The notes under the pieces: model-generated
What the model saw: the letters and a program-made list of their open reading frames with translations, nothing else
Databases searched by the model: none
Told to the model about the DNA's origin: nothing
Assembly: GCA_002501765.1 (NCBI GenBank)
Contig: DAOG01000139.1
Location: 3,179 to 32,256, forward strand
Length of the DNA stretch: 29,078 nt
Source: Methanosaeta sp. UBA204
Lineage (GTDB): Archaea > Halobacteriota > Methanosarcinia > Methanotrichales > Methanotrichaceae
Direction: 5' to 3'
Shown here: positions 8,220 through 17,055 of the stretch, piece after piece
Layout: the number at the start of each line of letters is the position of its first letter
Numbering within the stretch: the first letter of the stretch is position 1
Made by a program: the position numbers and the translations under genes

Positions 8220-8263
8220 GGCTCCTGCCCGGTAGATCTTCTCCGCGGATATGGCACGGTTAG
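8220..8263 (-). repeat. 44-bp dispersed direct repeat of K+ channel coding sequence (other copy at 9466-9509)
   Basis: GGCTCCTGCCCGGTAGATCTTCTCCGC-GGAT-ATGGCACGGTTAG versus ...-AGAC-... ; 42 of 44 positions identical. Confidence 0.95.
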
Positions 8264-9036
8264 AGATAATAGTCAGGAGAATACAACAAAAAGAGCAGGA
8301 GTCCCATCCACTCAAAGAAAAAGAGATCCCCGACCTGACGATCACTCACCAGCTATCTATCATGAGAAGCAGAGAGTTGATGGCATCATCAGGACATTAC
8401 GAAACTCTTGAAGGGCTTCTTCCCGAAATGCGGTCTGATTTAAAGGTGGGGGGATTCGATGAACCCACAGGCTATTTTAAACCGATGTGTTTTGTACCCA
8501 TAGTGATAATCCATAACCGCCTCGTCGACACCCCTCCTGTTTCATGGGAAGATCTGCTGGATCGATGGTGGAAAGGGAAGATAGGCGCATCCTCGCCAGA
8601 TATTTTGAGAAAGCTGGTGACATTTTATGCCAGAAGGTTCTTTGGTAAGGAAGCAGACCGGCTAACCTCCAACGTGGTCTTCGACGGTCTTCCCATAGAC
8701 GTGAACCTGAAGGTCGATGACGGCAGGCTCGATGTGGGGATCGTACCCTTACCCTTCTCCAGGTCTTCCAGAAACAGAAATGTTTCCATCTGCTGGCCTA
8801 GAGAGGGTGCCTTTTCTCTGCCCCAGGTTCTGATACACAAAAAAGGTGCAGGTGACGATGCTTTGAGGATCAGCGAATACCTCCTTTCAGATGACGTTCA
8901 GCGATATATCTCTGATGTGGGGGTTATGATCCCTGTTAACCCCAACGTCCCTCTGCCCCACGAGGTGGAAGAAAATGGACTTAACCTATTCTGGAATGGG
9001 TGGGATTGGTTCATCGCAGGAATAAATGAGGTTTAA
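8251..9036 (+). CDS. ABC transporter solute-binding protein (Fe3+/polyamine/thiamine-type, SBP_bac_6-like), probably N-truncated
   Basis: P.SWEDLLD..WKGKI, DVGI, WPREGAFSLPQVLI and EYLLSDDVQRYI are typical of this SBP class. No signal peptide is visible and the DNA is AT-richer than the flanks. Confidence 0.75.
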   Translation: MARLEIIVRRIQQKEQESHPLKEKEIPDLTITHQLSIMRSRELMASSGHYETLEGLLPEMRSDLKVGGFDEPTGYFKPMCFVPIVIIHNRLVDTPPVSWEDLLDRWWKGKIGASSPDILRKLVTFYARRFFGKEADRLTSNVVFDGLPIDVNLKVDDGRLDVGIVPLPFSRSSRNRNVSICWPREGAFSLPQVLIHKKGAGDDALRISEYLLSDDVQRYISDVGVMIPVNPNVPLPHEVEENGLNLFWNGWDWFIAGINEV

Positions 9037-9087
9037 GATAAAGAGTATGATATACAACCGTCCGGCAGCAGCAAAGGTTCCAGAGTT

Positions 9088-10758
9088 TCATCTCGCCCGC
9101 CAGAAGATATGGCACGGGTCCCAGAGCCTCTTCCAGAACGCGAACCGTCCTCCGTAAGCGCGTCCGAACTTTTCTATGCTCTCCGGGCTGCCGATTATGG
9201 CCAGGAGATCGCCTTCTTTCAGCACCATATCGCGATCGACAACCAGCAACCCCTCACCATCGCGTTCGATGGCCACCACGATGCATTCCATCCTACCGAG
9301 GAGGTCCAGCTTTTTCAGGGTTTTTCCATCGAGCCCCGACCACCTCCTCACCTGCAACCTGATCAGCTCCAGCTCCTCGTAGATCATCGTCAGCTCTTCC
9401 TCATGAGACTGGGCTATCTTGGTCAGCAGGTGGCTGGCCACGATGGGCACCGAGGCCACGTAGTCGGCTCCTGCCCGGTAGATCTTCTCCGCAGACATGG
9501 CACGGTTAGCCCGGGCCACGATGAAGGCGTCCCGGTTCAGATTTCTGGCCAGGAGGGTGGCGAAGACCACGTCGGTATCGTTGTTCAGCATTACCAGGAT
9601 CGCCACGGCATCCTTCACCCCTGCCTCTTCCAGGACCTCTTCGATGGTGCCGTCGCCTACCACCTGATGGGAACATACCTCGCGTTTGTCTATTACCGTG
9701 GGTTCGATGCCTCTCTCGGAGAGAACCTTGACTATGCGCCTGCCCACGTCGCCGTAGCCGATAACGATCAAGTGTCCTTCTCTCTGTTTTCCGGTGGTGA
9801 GGTCTCTCAGGCGGGTGAGTGAGTCCGAATCTCCCAGCGCCATCAGCACCGAATGGGATTCGATCTCCTCCTGGCCCGGCGTGGGTACGAACTTTCCTTT
9901 CTGCCAGATTCCCACCACCCCGGCTCCGGTCTCTCCGAGGATCGGGTCATGCACCTTCTTGCCTATGAGAGGACTTCCCGGATGGATAGGAAACTCCACC
10001 AGAAGCCCTCCGAATATCTTGACCGCGCCGGGAAAGACGCCTTTCCTGGGGCGCGAGGTGATCTGGGCGACGAAGGTGCCCAGAAGGGTCTTGGGCGATA
10101 TTATCCTGGAGGCGCCTGCGTAGGCGAGGAACCGGGACCTGGCCAGGTCTTCTACCAGAGCCACCACCTCCAGGTCCGAGATCTCTCTCGCGGTGAGAGC
10201 TATGTCTGCGTTCCTCTCGTCTTTCTCGTTGGCTATCAGGAGCCTGGCGGAGAGGATGTTGGAGTTGAGCAGAACCTCCTTCTCAGAAGGATCGCCCCAG
10301 ACCACCGGGTACTTGCGATAGATGCTCCTGACCACCTCCTTTGACCGCTCCACCACCACGAAGTATATGTCCCGCCTATCGAAAATTTCGGATAGGGTCT
10401 CCACGATGGGGTTGTAGCCGCAGATTATTATGTGATCCTTCATATCCGGAGGTGCCTTGGTGGGCAGAGATTGACCCAGACGCTCGAACCACGGGGTAAT
10501 CACCGCTGGTAGGGCCACGGCGAAGAAGATTATTATCCCGGATATGCTCACCAGAACGCTGAACATCATCCCTGCGGGGCTGACGAAGACCAGCTCGCCG
10601 TATCCCACGGTGGTCATGGTTATTATCACCCAGTAGACGGCCGTGACCAGGTTCACGTTCTCCATCTGACCCTCATGCAGCATCAGGAGCATGAAGATCA
10701 GGCTGTAAAACACTACCGGCAGAACTACGGCGATAGACAGTCTGAGTATTCTGGACAA
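9088..10758 (-). CDS. 2TM potassium channel with two TrkA-N/TrkA-C (RCK) pairs
   Basis: Selectivity filter TMTTVGYG between two TM helices, followed by HIIICGY and HLIVIGYGDVG Rossmann motifs, each with a TrkA-C domain. Confidence 0.93.
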   Translation of the reverse strand: MSRILRLSIAVVLPVVFYSLIFMLLMLHEGQMENVNLVTAVYWVIITMTTVGYGELVFVSPAGMMFSVLVSISGIIIFFAVALPAVITPWFERLGQSLPTKAPPDMKDHIIICGYNPIVETLSEIFDRRDIYFVVVERSKEVVRSIYRKYPVVWGDPSEKEVLLNSNILSARLLIANEKDERNADIALTAREISDLEVVALVEDLARSRFLAYAGASRIISPKTLLGTFVAQITSRPRKGVFPGAVKIFGGLLVEFPIHPGSPLIGKKVHDPILGETGAGVVGIWQKGKFVPTPGQEEIESHSVLMALGDSDSLTRLRDLTTGKQREGHLIVIGYGDVGRRIVKVLSERGIEPTVIDKREVCSHQVVGDGTIEEVLEEAGVKDAVAILVMLNNDTDVVFATLLARNLNRDAFIVARANRAMSAEKIYRAGADYVASVPIVASHLLTKIAQSHEEELTMIYEELELIRLQVRRWSGLDGKTLKKLDLLGRMECIVVAIERDGEGLLVVDRDMVLKEGDLLAIIGSPESIEKFGRAYGGRFAFWKRLWDPCHIFWRAR

Positions 10759-10795
10759 GCGAAGACGACCCCGGATAGGATTGTATCAAAGTGTT

Positions 10796-11563
10796 TTAAA
10801 AAGATTGTGACGTTTCACCGGTCAGGACCGCCAGAAACTCCTTTGTACGCCTCTCTAGCCATCCTATCAGGGACCCATCACCGCCCGCCACTATCACCGC
10901 CGCGCCCTCCCACCGCCCGCCCTCTAGCCCCGCATCTTTGAACCTTAAATAGAATGTCTCAAAAGGGACAGACGGCTCGGGAGGCTCGTTTTGATCGGTC
11001 ATATACCAGCAGAGGGCCACCCATCCTGCTTTTACGGCCGCGCTGAGCAGATCCTCCGCGGCTCTGGCGTCCCTTTCATCGATATAGGGAGGATCGATCA
11101 AAAGCAGAGCAAAATCGCGTTCTTCCGCCAGTTCCATCGCCCCGAAAAAGCCATCACCTTGATGAAGGCTCACCTTGCATCTTTTCTCGTCATGACGTGA
11201 CCAGCTTCTCGCGACAAGGGGGCTTTGGTCCCAGAACTCGGCCCTGATCTTTTGACCCCGCAACCTCGCCAGCTCCAGGACAAGCCGGGCCGACCCCAGG
11301 TAGAACTCCAGGTCCTTTGGGTTCGCCTCTGATAGGATCTGGAAGTAAGGAAAGGTCGAAAGGCTCTCCAGCTTAGACCCGCATCTGCCTATGCCCCCTT
11401 CCCATTCACCACCTTGGCTGAGCCGGTACTCGGGAAATCCGACGTGACTCTCCACATAGATCCGCATCTCGTCCTGGAATAGGTGATCTGCGGTCTCGGT
11501 CAGGACCAGGTGTTTCCAGACATCTCCGGCGTTCCCTGCATGAGGACCATGATCATAAGTCAT
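10796..11563 (-). CDS. RlmJ-like SAM-dependent N6-adenine methyltransferase
   Basis: N-terminal YDHGPHAGNAGDVWKH resembles RlmJ YxHxFHAGNxADVxKH. Also YVESHVG, YLGS, GDGF and the catalytic LLLIDPPY motif. Confidence 0.8.
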   Translation of the reverse strand: MTYDHGPHAGNAGDVWKHLVLTETADHLFQDEMRIYVESHVGFPEYRLSQGGEWEGGIGRCGSKLESLSTFPYFQILSEANPKDLEFYLGSARLVLELARLRGQKIRAEFWDQSPLVARSWSRHDEKRCKVSLHQGDGFFGAMELAEERDFALLLIDPPYIDERDARAAEDLLSAAVKAGWVALCWYMTDQNEPPEPSVPFETFYLRFKDAGLEGGRWEGAAVIVAGGDGSLIGWLERRTKEFLAVLTGETSQSF

Positions 11564-11574
11564 AAGATGATCTT

Positions 11575-12264
11575 TTACCGTATGGCCTCCACCGGGATAG
11601 CACCCTGGTGGATGGCGGTGGCCACCAGCGCTCCTTCGATCCCCAGTTCTTCGAGCCTCAACAGGTCGCGCGAGTCCTTCACCCCGCCGCCCAGTATGAG
11701 GTCATGACTGCTCAGGGATGCTGCTTCCTCCAGGAAGTCTTCGTCGATCCCCGCAGAAGTTCCCACCAGATCCAGCTCCAGGAGGATTATGCCTCCCAGG
11801 TCGAGCTCATCCAGCTCTCTGATCAGGGCCAGGGGAGGGACCTGGAGACGGGGATCCCTCGTAAGAACCTCTCTTCTGAACATATCTATGCTCACCACGA
11901 TCCTCCTGGATCTCGATGCTCTCCTGATCAGGTCCAGGCTCGCCGTCTCGGTGCCCAGGACCGGTCTGCATCCGTCTGGGAGAAGATCGATATCGGCGAG
12001 AGACGATATGCCCCAGTCGACCATGGCGCTGGACCTCTGGGACATCTCCTCGATCAGGTCCAGATTGTGGCCGGACCCGGTGATCCTGTCCAGGTCTGCC
12101 ACATAGATCTCTCGCGGTTTCAGAAGTTCCAGGATCTGGAGCGGATCCGAGGTTTGCACCAGAGAGCTGCTCTTTTCGATCGGCTCGTACGTTTCTCTCT
12201 CGCCGCGGTGTGCGTGGACTACCGCACCGTTAAATAGATCGAGAACAAAGACGCAGCGCGTCAT
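11575..12264 (-). CDS. HisA/HisF-related TIM-barrel protein (hisAF_rel family)
   Basis: VLDLFNGAVVHAHRGERETYEP, EIYVADLDRI, VLGTET, ILLELDLVGTSAG, LGGGVKD and ALVATAIH motifs. Confidence 0.88.
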   Translation of the reverse strand: MTRCVFVLDLFNGAVVHAHRGERETYEPIEKSSSLVQTSDPLQILELLKPREIYVADLDRITGSGHNLDLIEEMSQRSSAMVDWGISSLADIDLLPDGCRPVLGTETASLDLIRRASRSRRIVVSIDMFRREVLTRDPRLQVPPLALIRELDELDLGGIILLELDLVGTSAGIDEDFLEEAASLSSHDLILGGGVKDSRDLLRLEELGIEGALVATAIHQGAIPVEAIR

Positions 12265-12291
12265 GATCTTATTTAATCAGGAAGGATCGAT

Positions 12292-12993
12292 ATGAAACTG
12301 TTGGTTAGTCCGATGAGCGTTGAAGAGGCGAAGGCTACGATGGCAGGCGGTGCCGATATACTGGACGTCAAGAACCCGAAAGAAGGATCTCTGGGCGCGA
12401 ACTTTCCCTGGACCATACGGTCCGTTGTCGATCTGGCCGATGGCAAAGTTCCGGTGAGCGCCGCCATCGGCGACTTCGATTACAAGCCAGGAACGGCGAG
12501 CCTGGCCGCCCTGGGCGCGGCGGTCTCAGGTGCCGATTACATCAAGGTGGGGCTTCTGGGGATAAAGACCCCGGAGCAAGCCGAGGATATGCTGGGAAAG
12601 GTGGTGAGGTCGGTCAAGGACTTCAACAAAGAGACAAAGCTGGTGGCGGCGGCATACGCCGATTACAAGAGGGTCGGTTCCATACCTCCCATGGACCTAT
12701 CCCCGGTGGCGGTGAGCTGCGGGGTCGGCGTGATCATGATAGATACCGCGGTCAAGGACGGAAAGACCACCTTCGAGTTCATGAACGAGAGCCAGCTCGC
12801 GGAGTTCGTCTCGGCCGGTAGAGAGAGCAAAATGGAGGTGGCCCTAGCAGGCAACATAGGGTTCGGGGACCTGGAGCTTCTGAAGCGGATTTCTCCCGAC
12901 ATAATCGGGGTAAGAGGTGCCGTCTGCGGCGGAGATCGCAGAGACGGCATAAAGGAGGAGTTGGTCAGGAAGATGAAGGCCGACCTCTCCTGA
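12292..12993 (+). CDS. mfnB: (5-formylfuran-3-yl)methyl phosphate synthase (methanofuran biosynthesis)
   Basis: MKLLVSP...EA....GGADILDVKNPKEGSLGANFPW, SAAIGD, GADYIKVGL, DTAVKDG, ALAG and DIIGVRGAVC motifs. Confidence 0.95.
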   Translation: MKLLVSPMSVEEAKATMAGGADILDVKNPKEGSLGANFPWTIRSVVDLADGKVPVSAAIGDFDYKPGTASLAALGAAVSGADYIKVGLLGIKTPEQAEDMLGKVVRSVKDFNKETKLVAAAYADYKRVGSIPPMDLSPVAVSCGVGVIMIDTAVKDGKTTFEFMNESQLAEFVSAGRESKMEVALAGNIGFGDLELLKRISPDIIGVRGAVCGGDRRDGIKEELVRKMKADLS

Positions 12994-12999
12994 AAAGTT

Positions 13000-14565
13000 T
13001 TATAACTTAATCAACAGGGACTTTAGGACACCCGGCACCCGGGTCAGCTTCTCCAGGGTCTCTTCGGACACGGGGTGGTCCACGTTCAGGACCATCAGCT
13101 GCTCTTTGCCGGCTCGACCGACGTGCATCCCTCCGATGTTTATCCCTTTCTCGCCCAAGACGGTGCAACAGGGACCTATGACGTTCGGCTTGTCCTCGTG
13201 AGTTACCAGGATCATGTGGCCTTCGGTAGGCACGTAGACCCGGTACTCGTTGATCTGGACGATGCGGCCTTCTTTCTTGCCGTATACCGTACCGTAGACC
13301 GATGTGGTGCCTTTCTGGCCCACCAGCTTCAGGGTTATGAGGTTGCTGTATCCGTTGATGGCTTCGGTCTTGCTCTCGGTGAGGGTTATCCCGTGCTCTT
13401 TTAGGTTGATCAGAGCGTTCACGAAGTTGACCTTGTGCCCGATGGAGTCCAGGAACCCCTTGACCGCAGATATCGTCACAGGGTTCGAGTCCTTCTCGAC
13501 CACGGTGCCGCCATAAATTATCTCCAGCTTATCGTATCCGTCCCTGCCCAGCTGGCCGATCAGCCGTCCCATCTTCTCCGCCAACGTCATATAAGGCTCC
13601 ATGACCACCAGGACCTCCGGCGATATGGCGGGCATGTTCAGGGCGTTGGGGGGCAGCTCGCCTCTGTTCACCGCCAGGATCTGGTCCGCCACCGCTACGG
13701 CCACATTAACCTGAGCCTCGGCGGTGGACGCGCCCAGGTGAGGGGTGACGATTATGCCCTTCTGCTCCAATAGTGGGTTGTCGGTGGGTGGCTCCTTGGT
13801 GAAGACGTCCACAGCCGCTCCGGCCACCTTGCCTTCTGCCACGGCCGCTGCCAGAGCGGCTTCATTTATGATCCCGCCACGGGCACAGTTGATCAGCCGG
13901 ACGCCGGGCTTCATGATATCGAACTCCTTCTCGTCGATGAGGTTCCTGGTATCCTCGGTAAGAGGGGTGTGGACCGTTATGAAGTCGCTCTTCTCGAATA
14001 TCTCATCCAGAGAGGTCAGCTTTATCCCCAGATCGGCGGCCTTCTCCTCGGTGATGAAGGGATCGTAGGTCAGTATGCGCATCCCGAAGGCCTTCATCCG
14101 GGTGGTGATCTCGACGCCGATCCTGCCCAGACCGATTATCCCCAGGGTCTTGTTGTATACCTCCACGCCGGTGTACATCTTGCGGTTCCACTCACCGCCC
14201 TTCAGAGAGCTGTTGGCCTGAGGTATATTTCGAGCCAGGGATAGAATCATGGCGATGGTATGTTCTGCCGCAGAGATGGTGTTCCCGCCAGGGGTGTTGA
14301 CCACGATTATGCCCTTCCTGGTGGCGGCATCGATGTCGATGTTGTCAACCCCTACGCCCGCCCGCCCGATGACCTTCAGGTTCTCTGCGGTCTCGATTAC
14401 CTCGGCAGTAACCTTGGTACCGCTCCGGATGGCCAGTGCATCGTAATCTTTAATCCGCTCGATCAGTTCTTCTGGGGAAAGGTTGGTCATCACGTCGACC
14501 TTGGCCTCGGTCTCCAGTCTCTTGACGCCCTCTTCGGAGAGGGGATCGCTGACAAGAACTCTCAT
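13000..14565 (-). CDS. serA: D-3-phosphoglycerate dehydrogenase (long form with ASB and ACT domains)
   Basis: MRVLVSDPL, IRSGTKVT, GRAGVGVDNID, GIIGLGRIG, INCARGG, TPHLGASTAEAQ and a C-terminal ACT domain (HEDKPNVIG). Start reset to ATG 14565, which follows a GGAGGA RBS. Confidence 0.96.
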   Translation of the reverse strand: MRVLVSDPLSEEGVKRLETEAKVDVMTNLSPEELIERIKDYDALAIRSGTKVTAEVIETAENLKVIGRAGVGVDNIDIDAATRKGIIVVNTPGGNTISAAEHTIAMILSLARNIPQANSSLKGGEWNRKMYTGVEVYNKTLGIIGLGRIGVEITTRMKAFGMRILTYDPFITEEKAADLGIKLTSLDEIFEKSDFITVHTPLTEDTRNLIDEKEFDIMKPGVRLINCARGGIINEAALAAAVAEGKVAGAAVDVFTKEPPTDNPLLEQKGIIVTPHLGASTAEAQVNVAVAVADQILAVNRGELPPNALNMPAISPEVLVVMEPYMTLAEKMGRLIGQLGRDGYDKLEIIYGGTVVEKDSNPVTISAVKGFLDSIGHKVNFVNALINLKEHGITLTESKTEAINGYSNLITLKLVGQKGTTSVYGTVYGKKEGRIVQINEYRVYVPTEGHMILVTHEDKPNVIGPCCTVLGEKGINIGGMHVGRAGKEQLMVLNVDHPVSEETLEKLTRVPGVLKSLLIKL

Positions 14566-14720
14566 GACATTCTCCTCCATTGGTCTGCAGAGATGTACAG
14601 GCATTTTATCTTTTCGTCGCGGCAAGATCTGGACCGATGAGTCTCCAGGCGGAAGAAAAATGTTAAATAGATACAAGTCGTGGCAAAATACAATCGAGTA
14701 TAGGGTATGTGGTGGGTTAT

Positions 14721-15611
14721 ATGAGATATCTTGTCTGTCTTTTGATTGCGTTCCTCGTCCTAGCACCGCTCGCATTCGGTGAGGTGGGGAACACTGAAGG
14801 GTCCGGGGACCCCACATCGGGCTTTCCCGCACCTCCCAATCCTCGTTCGGAGGGGATGATGCCTTTCGACCTGGACCTGACCGCGCCGGGGTATACATAT
14901 TCCGGCTGGAATTCCGGATCGTCGGACGACGAGGCTTATCCAGGCGGATCTTCTGGACCTTCTGGCTATGCTGGTCATCCCCAGGGGTTCGCCGAACCGG
15001 CGTCCTACTCTGGTTATCCCGGGGAACCCGGTGCGCCGCCAGGATACGGTGGTTACCCAGAAGCGCCGTCCAGACCGTCGTGCTGGTCTGGTTATCCCGG
15101 GGATCCCGGTGCTTCGTCAGGATACGGCGGTTACCCAGAAGCGCCGTCTGGACCGTCGTGCTGGTCTGGTTATCCCGGGGAACCTGGTACGCCACCTGGA
15201 TATTGTGGTTACCCAGTGGGACCTTCCGGGCCGTCGTGCAACTATGACAATCATCCCGGTCCTCTCACAGGATGTTGCGGGTTCTGGTACACCGGCCTGG
15301 CGGTCTCACAAAGCAATACGTACTACGTACAGACCTGGCCCCATGGGCTCAGCACCGTAGCCAGCGTCCGGTGCGGAGATTGGATCCCGCTCTGGTCCCG
15401 AATCGGAACGCCTGGAACCTACTGGTCCTTCGAGTGGACCCTCAAAGATCCTTACTACGACTGGATGCCCGATATCAAGAACTTCGGGTACAAGAACTTC
15501 GGATGGTACTCCACCTGGTTCCGCAGCAGCACTCCTGGCTGGCACCTGCTCTGCTACTACTGCAACGACTGGAGCAATTACGTATACATATATGTCGAGC
15601 CGTTCCGCTGA
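14721..15611 (+). CDS. Secreted Gly/Pro/Tyr/Ser-rich repeat protein with an aromatic C-terminal domain
   Basis: Signal peptide MRYLVCLLIAFLVLAPLAFG, internal 26-aa repeats and a Trp/Tyr/Cys-rich C-terminal domain. Start placed at ATG 14721 rather than GTG 14709. Confidence 0.75.
   Translation: MRYLVCLLIAFLVLAPLAFGEVGNTEGSGDPTSGFPAPPNPRSEGMMPFDLDLTAPGYTYSGWNSGSSDDEAYPGGSSGPSGYAGHPQGFAEPASYSGYPGEPGAPPGYGGYPEAPSRPSCWSGYPGDPGASSGYGGYPEAPSGPSCWSGYPGEPGTPPGYCGYPVGPSGPSCNYDNHPGPLTGCCGFWYTGLAVSQSNTYYVQTWPHGLSTVASVRCGDWIPLWSRIGTPGTYWSFEWTLKDPYYDWMPDIKNFGYKNFGWYSTWFRSSTPGWHLLCYYCNDWSNYVYIYVEPFR
15009..15239 (+). repeat. 3 x 78-bp in-frame tandem repeat (SGYPG(E/D)PG...GY.GYP..PS.PSC)
   Basis: TCTGGTTATCCCGGGGA recurs at 15009, 15087 and 15165. 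Confidence 0.93.
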
Positions 15612-15633
15612 TCCTGGACCGAGAGGCGAGCTC

Positions 15634-15641
15634 TTTATATA
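15634..15641 (+). promoter_or_regulatory. Candidate TATA box for rps3ae-cooC
   Basis: TTTATATA about 45 nt upstream of the TTG start, with a GGAGG RBS before the start. Confidence 0.55.
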
Positions 15642-15686
15642 CAGTAAGCCTGGGTCTAGTCACGAGTATTTCCTGGAGGATATTTA

Positions 15687-16280
15687 TTGGCTAGAAGGTC
15701 ACAGAAGCGGTCTGAAGGCAGGAAAGCTGTCAAGCAGTGGTATAAGGTAATGGGCCCCGAGATGTTCGGAAACTCTCAGGTGGGCGAGACCCTTGCCAGC
15801 GACCCGAATAAGCTCATGGGAAGAGTAATCGAGACCACCCTCGGAGAGTTGACAAACAACTTCTCCAAGCAGAACATCAAGCTCAAGTTCAAGATAGACA
15901 ACGTCGGTGGCGACGCCGCTTACACCAAGTTCGTGGGTCACGAGCTGACCACCGACTACATCAGGTCTCTGGTCAAGAGGAGGACGTCTCGCATCGACAC
16001 CATCGTCGATGTCACCACCACCGACGGCTATAAGGTGAGGGTGAAACCCACCTGCTTCACCATTAAGAGGGCGAGGTCCAACCAGGTCAAGAGCATCAGG
16101 GAGATCGCAAAAGAGATCATCCAGGAGAGGGCAGACAACCTCGACCTGAACCAGTTCATGCAGGAGGTCGTCTTAGGCCGGCTCTCTCTGGATATCTACA
16201 AGAACGCCAAGTCGATATATCCCCTGAGACGGGTCGAGATCCGGAAGACAGAGATCCGCGCGGAGCCTGTCGCCTCATGA
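15687..16280 (+). CDS. rps3ae: 30S ribosomal protein S3Ae (eS1)
   Basis: KQWYKV..PEMF, GETLASDP.KLMGRVIETTLGELT, GHELTTDYIRSLVKRRTSRID and IYPLRRVEIRK motifs; TTG start. Confidence 0.97.
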   Translation: MARRSQKRSEGRKAVKQWYKVMGPEMFGNSQVGETLASDPNKLMGRVIETTLGELTNNFSKQNIKLKFKIDNVGGDAAYTKFVGHELTTDYIRSLVKRRTSRIDTIVDVTTTDGYKVRVKPTCFTIKRARSNQVKSIREIAKEIIQERADNLDLNQFMQEVVLGRLSLDIYKNAKSIYPLRRVEIRKTEIRAEPVAS

Positions 16281-17041
16281 GAATCATAGGCTTCTTCGGA
16301 AAAGGTGGCACCGGCAAGACCACGCTGACCGCCCTCGTCCTCCGTGAGCTGGTCAAGCGAAGAGGTGGCAATATCCTGGTCGTGGACGCCGACCCCAACG
16401 AATGTCTGGCCAGCGTCCTGGGGACGGATCGGTCGTCTCGTCTCTCCGAAATGCTCTTGAAGTACAGGAGACAACGAGAGCAGAGCCCCGAGCTCACCGG
16501 TATCGACATATTCCAGAACCTCTTCGACACCCTCCTGATGGAAGGCGAGCAGGAAGGCTACGATATGCTTATCATGGGTCGTGGCGAGGGCACAGGCTGC
16601 TACTGTGCCGTGAACGATCTCCTCCAGGCGGTCTTTGCCAAGACGATCGATGACGGGTACTACGATCATCTGCTCATGGACTGCGAGGCGGGAGTGGAAC
16701 ACATCGCCCGGAAGACCTCGGCCAAGATCAACGACGCCATAATCGTCACCGACGCCAGCAAGACCAGCCTCGACACCCTGGAGCGGATAAAGGCCGTAGC
16801 CTCCGAGGTAGGTGCAAGGATCGAGACCTACTACGTGGTAGCAAACCGATGCAGGCCGGATATGCTGAGCCGGGTTGAGGAGACGGCAGAGCGTTTGGGG
16901 TTCAAATATCTGGGTGCCCTTCCCGACGATCCGAGCCTCGCCGAGATCGCCTACGAAGGAAAGACGGTATTCGACCTTCCAGAAGACTCGCCCGCGGTCC
17001 AGGCGGTCGAGAAGTTCCTATCCGACGAATTCATCACCTGA
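16277..17041 (+). CDS. CooC/AcsF-like nickel-insertion P-loop ATPase
   Basis: Deviant Walker A GKGGTGKTT, VVDADPN, MGRGEGTGCYC (CxC) and DCEAGVEH motifs; ATGA overlap with rps3ae. Confidence 0.88.
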   Translation: MRIIGFFGKGGTGKTTLTALVLRELVKRRGGNILVVDADPNECLASVLGTDRSSRLSEMLLKYRRQREQSPELTGIDIFQNLFDTLLMEGEQEGYDMLIMGRGEGTGCYCAVNDLLQAVFAKTIDDGYYDHLLMDCEAGVEHIARKTSAKINDAIIVTDASKTSLDTLERIKAVASEVGARIETYYVVANRCRPDMLSRVEETAERLGFKYLGALPDDPSLAEIAYEGKTVFDLPEDSPAVQAVEKFLSDEFIT

Positions 17042-17055
17042 AATTTGAAGATATC

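Noticed and set aside
14566-15195. 210-aa N-terminal extension of serA in the ORF track (731 aa)
   Set aside because: It is the antisense shadow of the 14721-15611 repeat gene plus intergenic DNA. SerA homology starts at ATG 14565, which has its own RBS.
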